DNA of 64,000 nucleotides from Trichoplax sp. H2. Lineage: Eukaryota. Made by a program: the position numbers and the translations under genes. Position 1 is the stretch's first letter; every line of letters starts with the position of its first letter. The notes below the pieces were generated by a model that saw only the letters and a list, made by a program, of their open reading frames with translations, was not told the DNA's origin and ran no database searches. The stretch lies in assembly GCA_003344405.1 (NCBI GenBank), contig NOWV01000014.1:372001-436000 (forward strand), read 5' to 3'. Below are positions 62,636 through 64,000 of the stretch, piece after piece.

Positions 62636-64000
62636 ACATGGATATCGTATACTCATAACAAATTCACGATCCTTTTGCACTGATTTAGTAACAGAATTTT
62701 TTGAAATAGCACTAAATATATGTCAATGATTGTAAAAGTATGGCTATAAGACGACGGTCGATAATAGCTAAACTAGGAAATAGATGGATCAAAAATAAAA
62801 ATTTACATATTTCTTGCTAAGGCTAAAAATATCATGATTTATGAGTTAGGTAAACGTTGTTTACTTCATCTATACGGTTAAACGTAATTATACATTTAGC
62901 TCATCTTATAATATTAAAAATTCAAATATATTACATTCAGTAACCTTGCAAATTCAAATAAATTAATTTATGGTACTGTGTTAACATAAAGTCACGGCTT
63001 AACTCTAGTTTTTAACCTTCGTTCGATACTTTAAAATTTAAATAGGCGTGTGAGGTTGATAGATCAAGAATCTTCAAAACTTTAGAAAATTAAGATTTAT
63101 TGAACAAAACCTCCTTTACGAAGATACAACGTAATCGATTAGCTGAGGACCTCTAACGAGAAAGAACTAACTTACTATACTAAACTACTCGCTTATATAC
63201 CTTTCCGCGTTCACAGTCTTAGCACCTTACTTACTACACACTTCGGTATTAGCATCTCAAATACAGGCTAGTTTACACCTTTCATGTGAAGCTCTAGTGT
63301 GAGCACTGTAGCGCTCCTCTNNNNNNNNNNNNNNNNNNNNACATGGATATCGTATACTCATAACAAATTCACGATCCTTTTGCACTGATTTAGTAACAGA
63401 ATTTTTTGAAATAGCACTAAATATATGTCAATGATTGTAAAAGTATGGCTATAAGACGACGGTCGATAATAGCTAAACTAGGAAATAGATGGATCTGTTG
63501 TATATATATAGATAGTAATAGATTAAATACGATATCTTAACCATAAAGGCATAAATAAAGGAAACACTATATATATGTACGTATACGATGATTGTATGGT
63601 AGTACTTGTAATACAGTAGGTGATAACATTGTAAAAGGCGGACTGATAAGTTACTAATTGTAGTGCGAAGTATAAACTGTAATCGTATCGAGGTGTAACC
63701 TCGTGTAGCTATAAATACCGATCAACTAATAATAAAATGCAGTTATCAATCTTACTCACGGAGTGAACTTATTATTGAAGAACATAACAGGATCAAAAAT
63801 AAAAATTTACATATTTCTTGCTAAGGCTAAAAATATCATGATTTATGAGTTAGGTAAACGTTGTTTACTTCATCTATACGGTTAAACGTAATTATACATT
63901 TAGCTCATCTTATAATATTAAAAATTCAAATATATTACATTCAGTAACCTTGCAGATTCAAATAAATTAATTTATGGTACTGTATTAATATAAAGTCACG
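62636..64000. repeat. Near-identical direct duplication around a 20-N gap (62636-62996+ vs 63341-64000); probable uncollapsed haplotypes
   Basis: After the gap (63321-63340) the sequence restarts at acatggatatcg and matches to the window end except for a few SNPs and one 299-bp insertion. Confidence 0.92.
63496..63789 (+). mobile_element. Solo LTR (294 bp) of an LTR retrotransposon with 5-bp target-site duplication GGATC
   Basis: Starts TGTT and ends AACA; flanked by GGATC at 63491-63495 and 63790-63794. The empty site (single GGATC) is visible at 62786-62790. Internal TATAAAT (63710) is followed by AATAAA (63731). Confidence 0.88.

Overview
AT-rich eukaryotic genomic DNA with compact intron-containing genes and three 20-N assembly gaps. 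The gene content (EMRE, G-alpha-12/13, SLC45 array) is metazoan, and the style resembles a placozoan such as Trichoplax; that organism call is inference only. Hand-spliced gene models, left to right: the 3' end of an unidentified multi-exon gene with a GC-AG intron (1-1322); a decayed minus-strand ORF region and a minisatellite (5.2-6.4 kb); SLC25A38 (7663-11398); two tandem G-alpha-12/13 paralogues (16849-21520, 26804-32543); an intronless EMRE/SMDT1 (minus strand); a divergently transcribed 7-exon gene that appears to be three CD20/MS4A-like tetraspan units fused into one ~12-TM protein (36139-38893); and a tandem SLC45 sugar-transporter array (three intact genes, one frameshifted gene, two pseudogenes; 40.3-62.2 kb). 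Each N-gap is flanked by near-identical copies that look like uncollapsed haplotypes, and one pair exposes a polymorphic 294-bp solo LTR with a 5-bp target-site duplication. Most notable: the triplicated MS4A-like gene, non-canonical switch-I/P-loop residues in both G-alpha paralogues, the solo LTR, and the birth-and-death history of the SLC45 array. All models were read by eye; no database searches were run.
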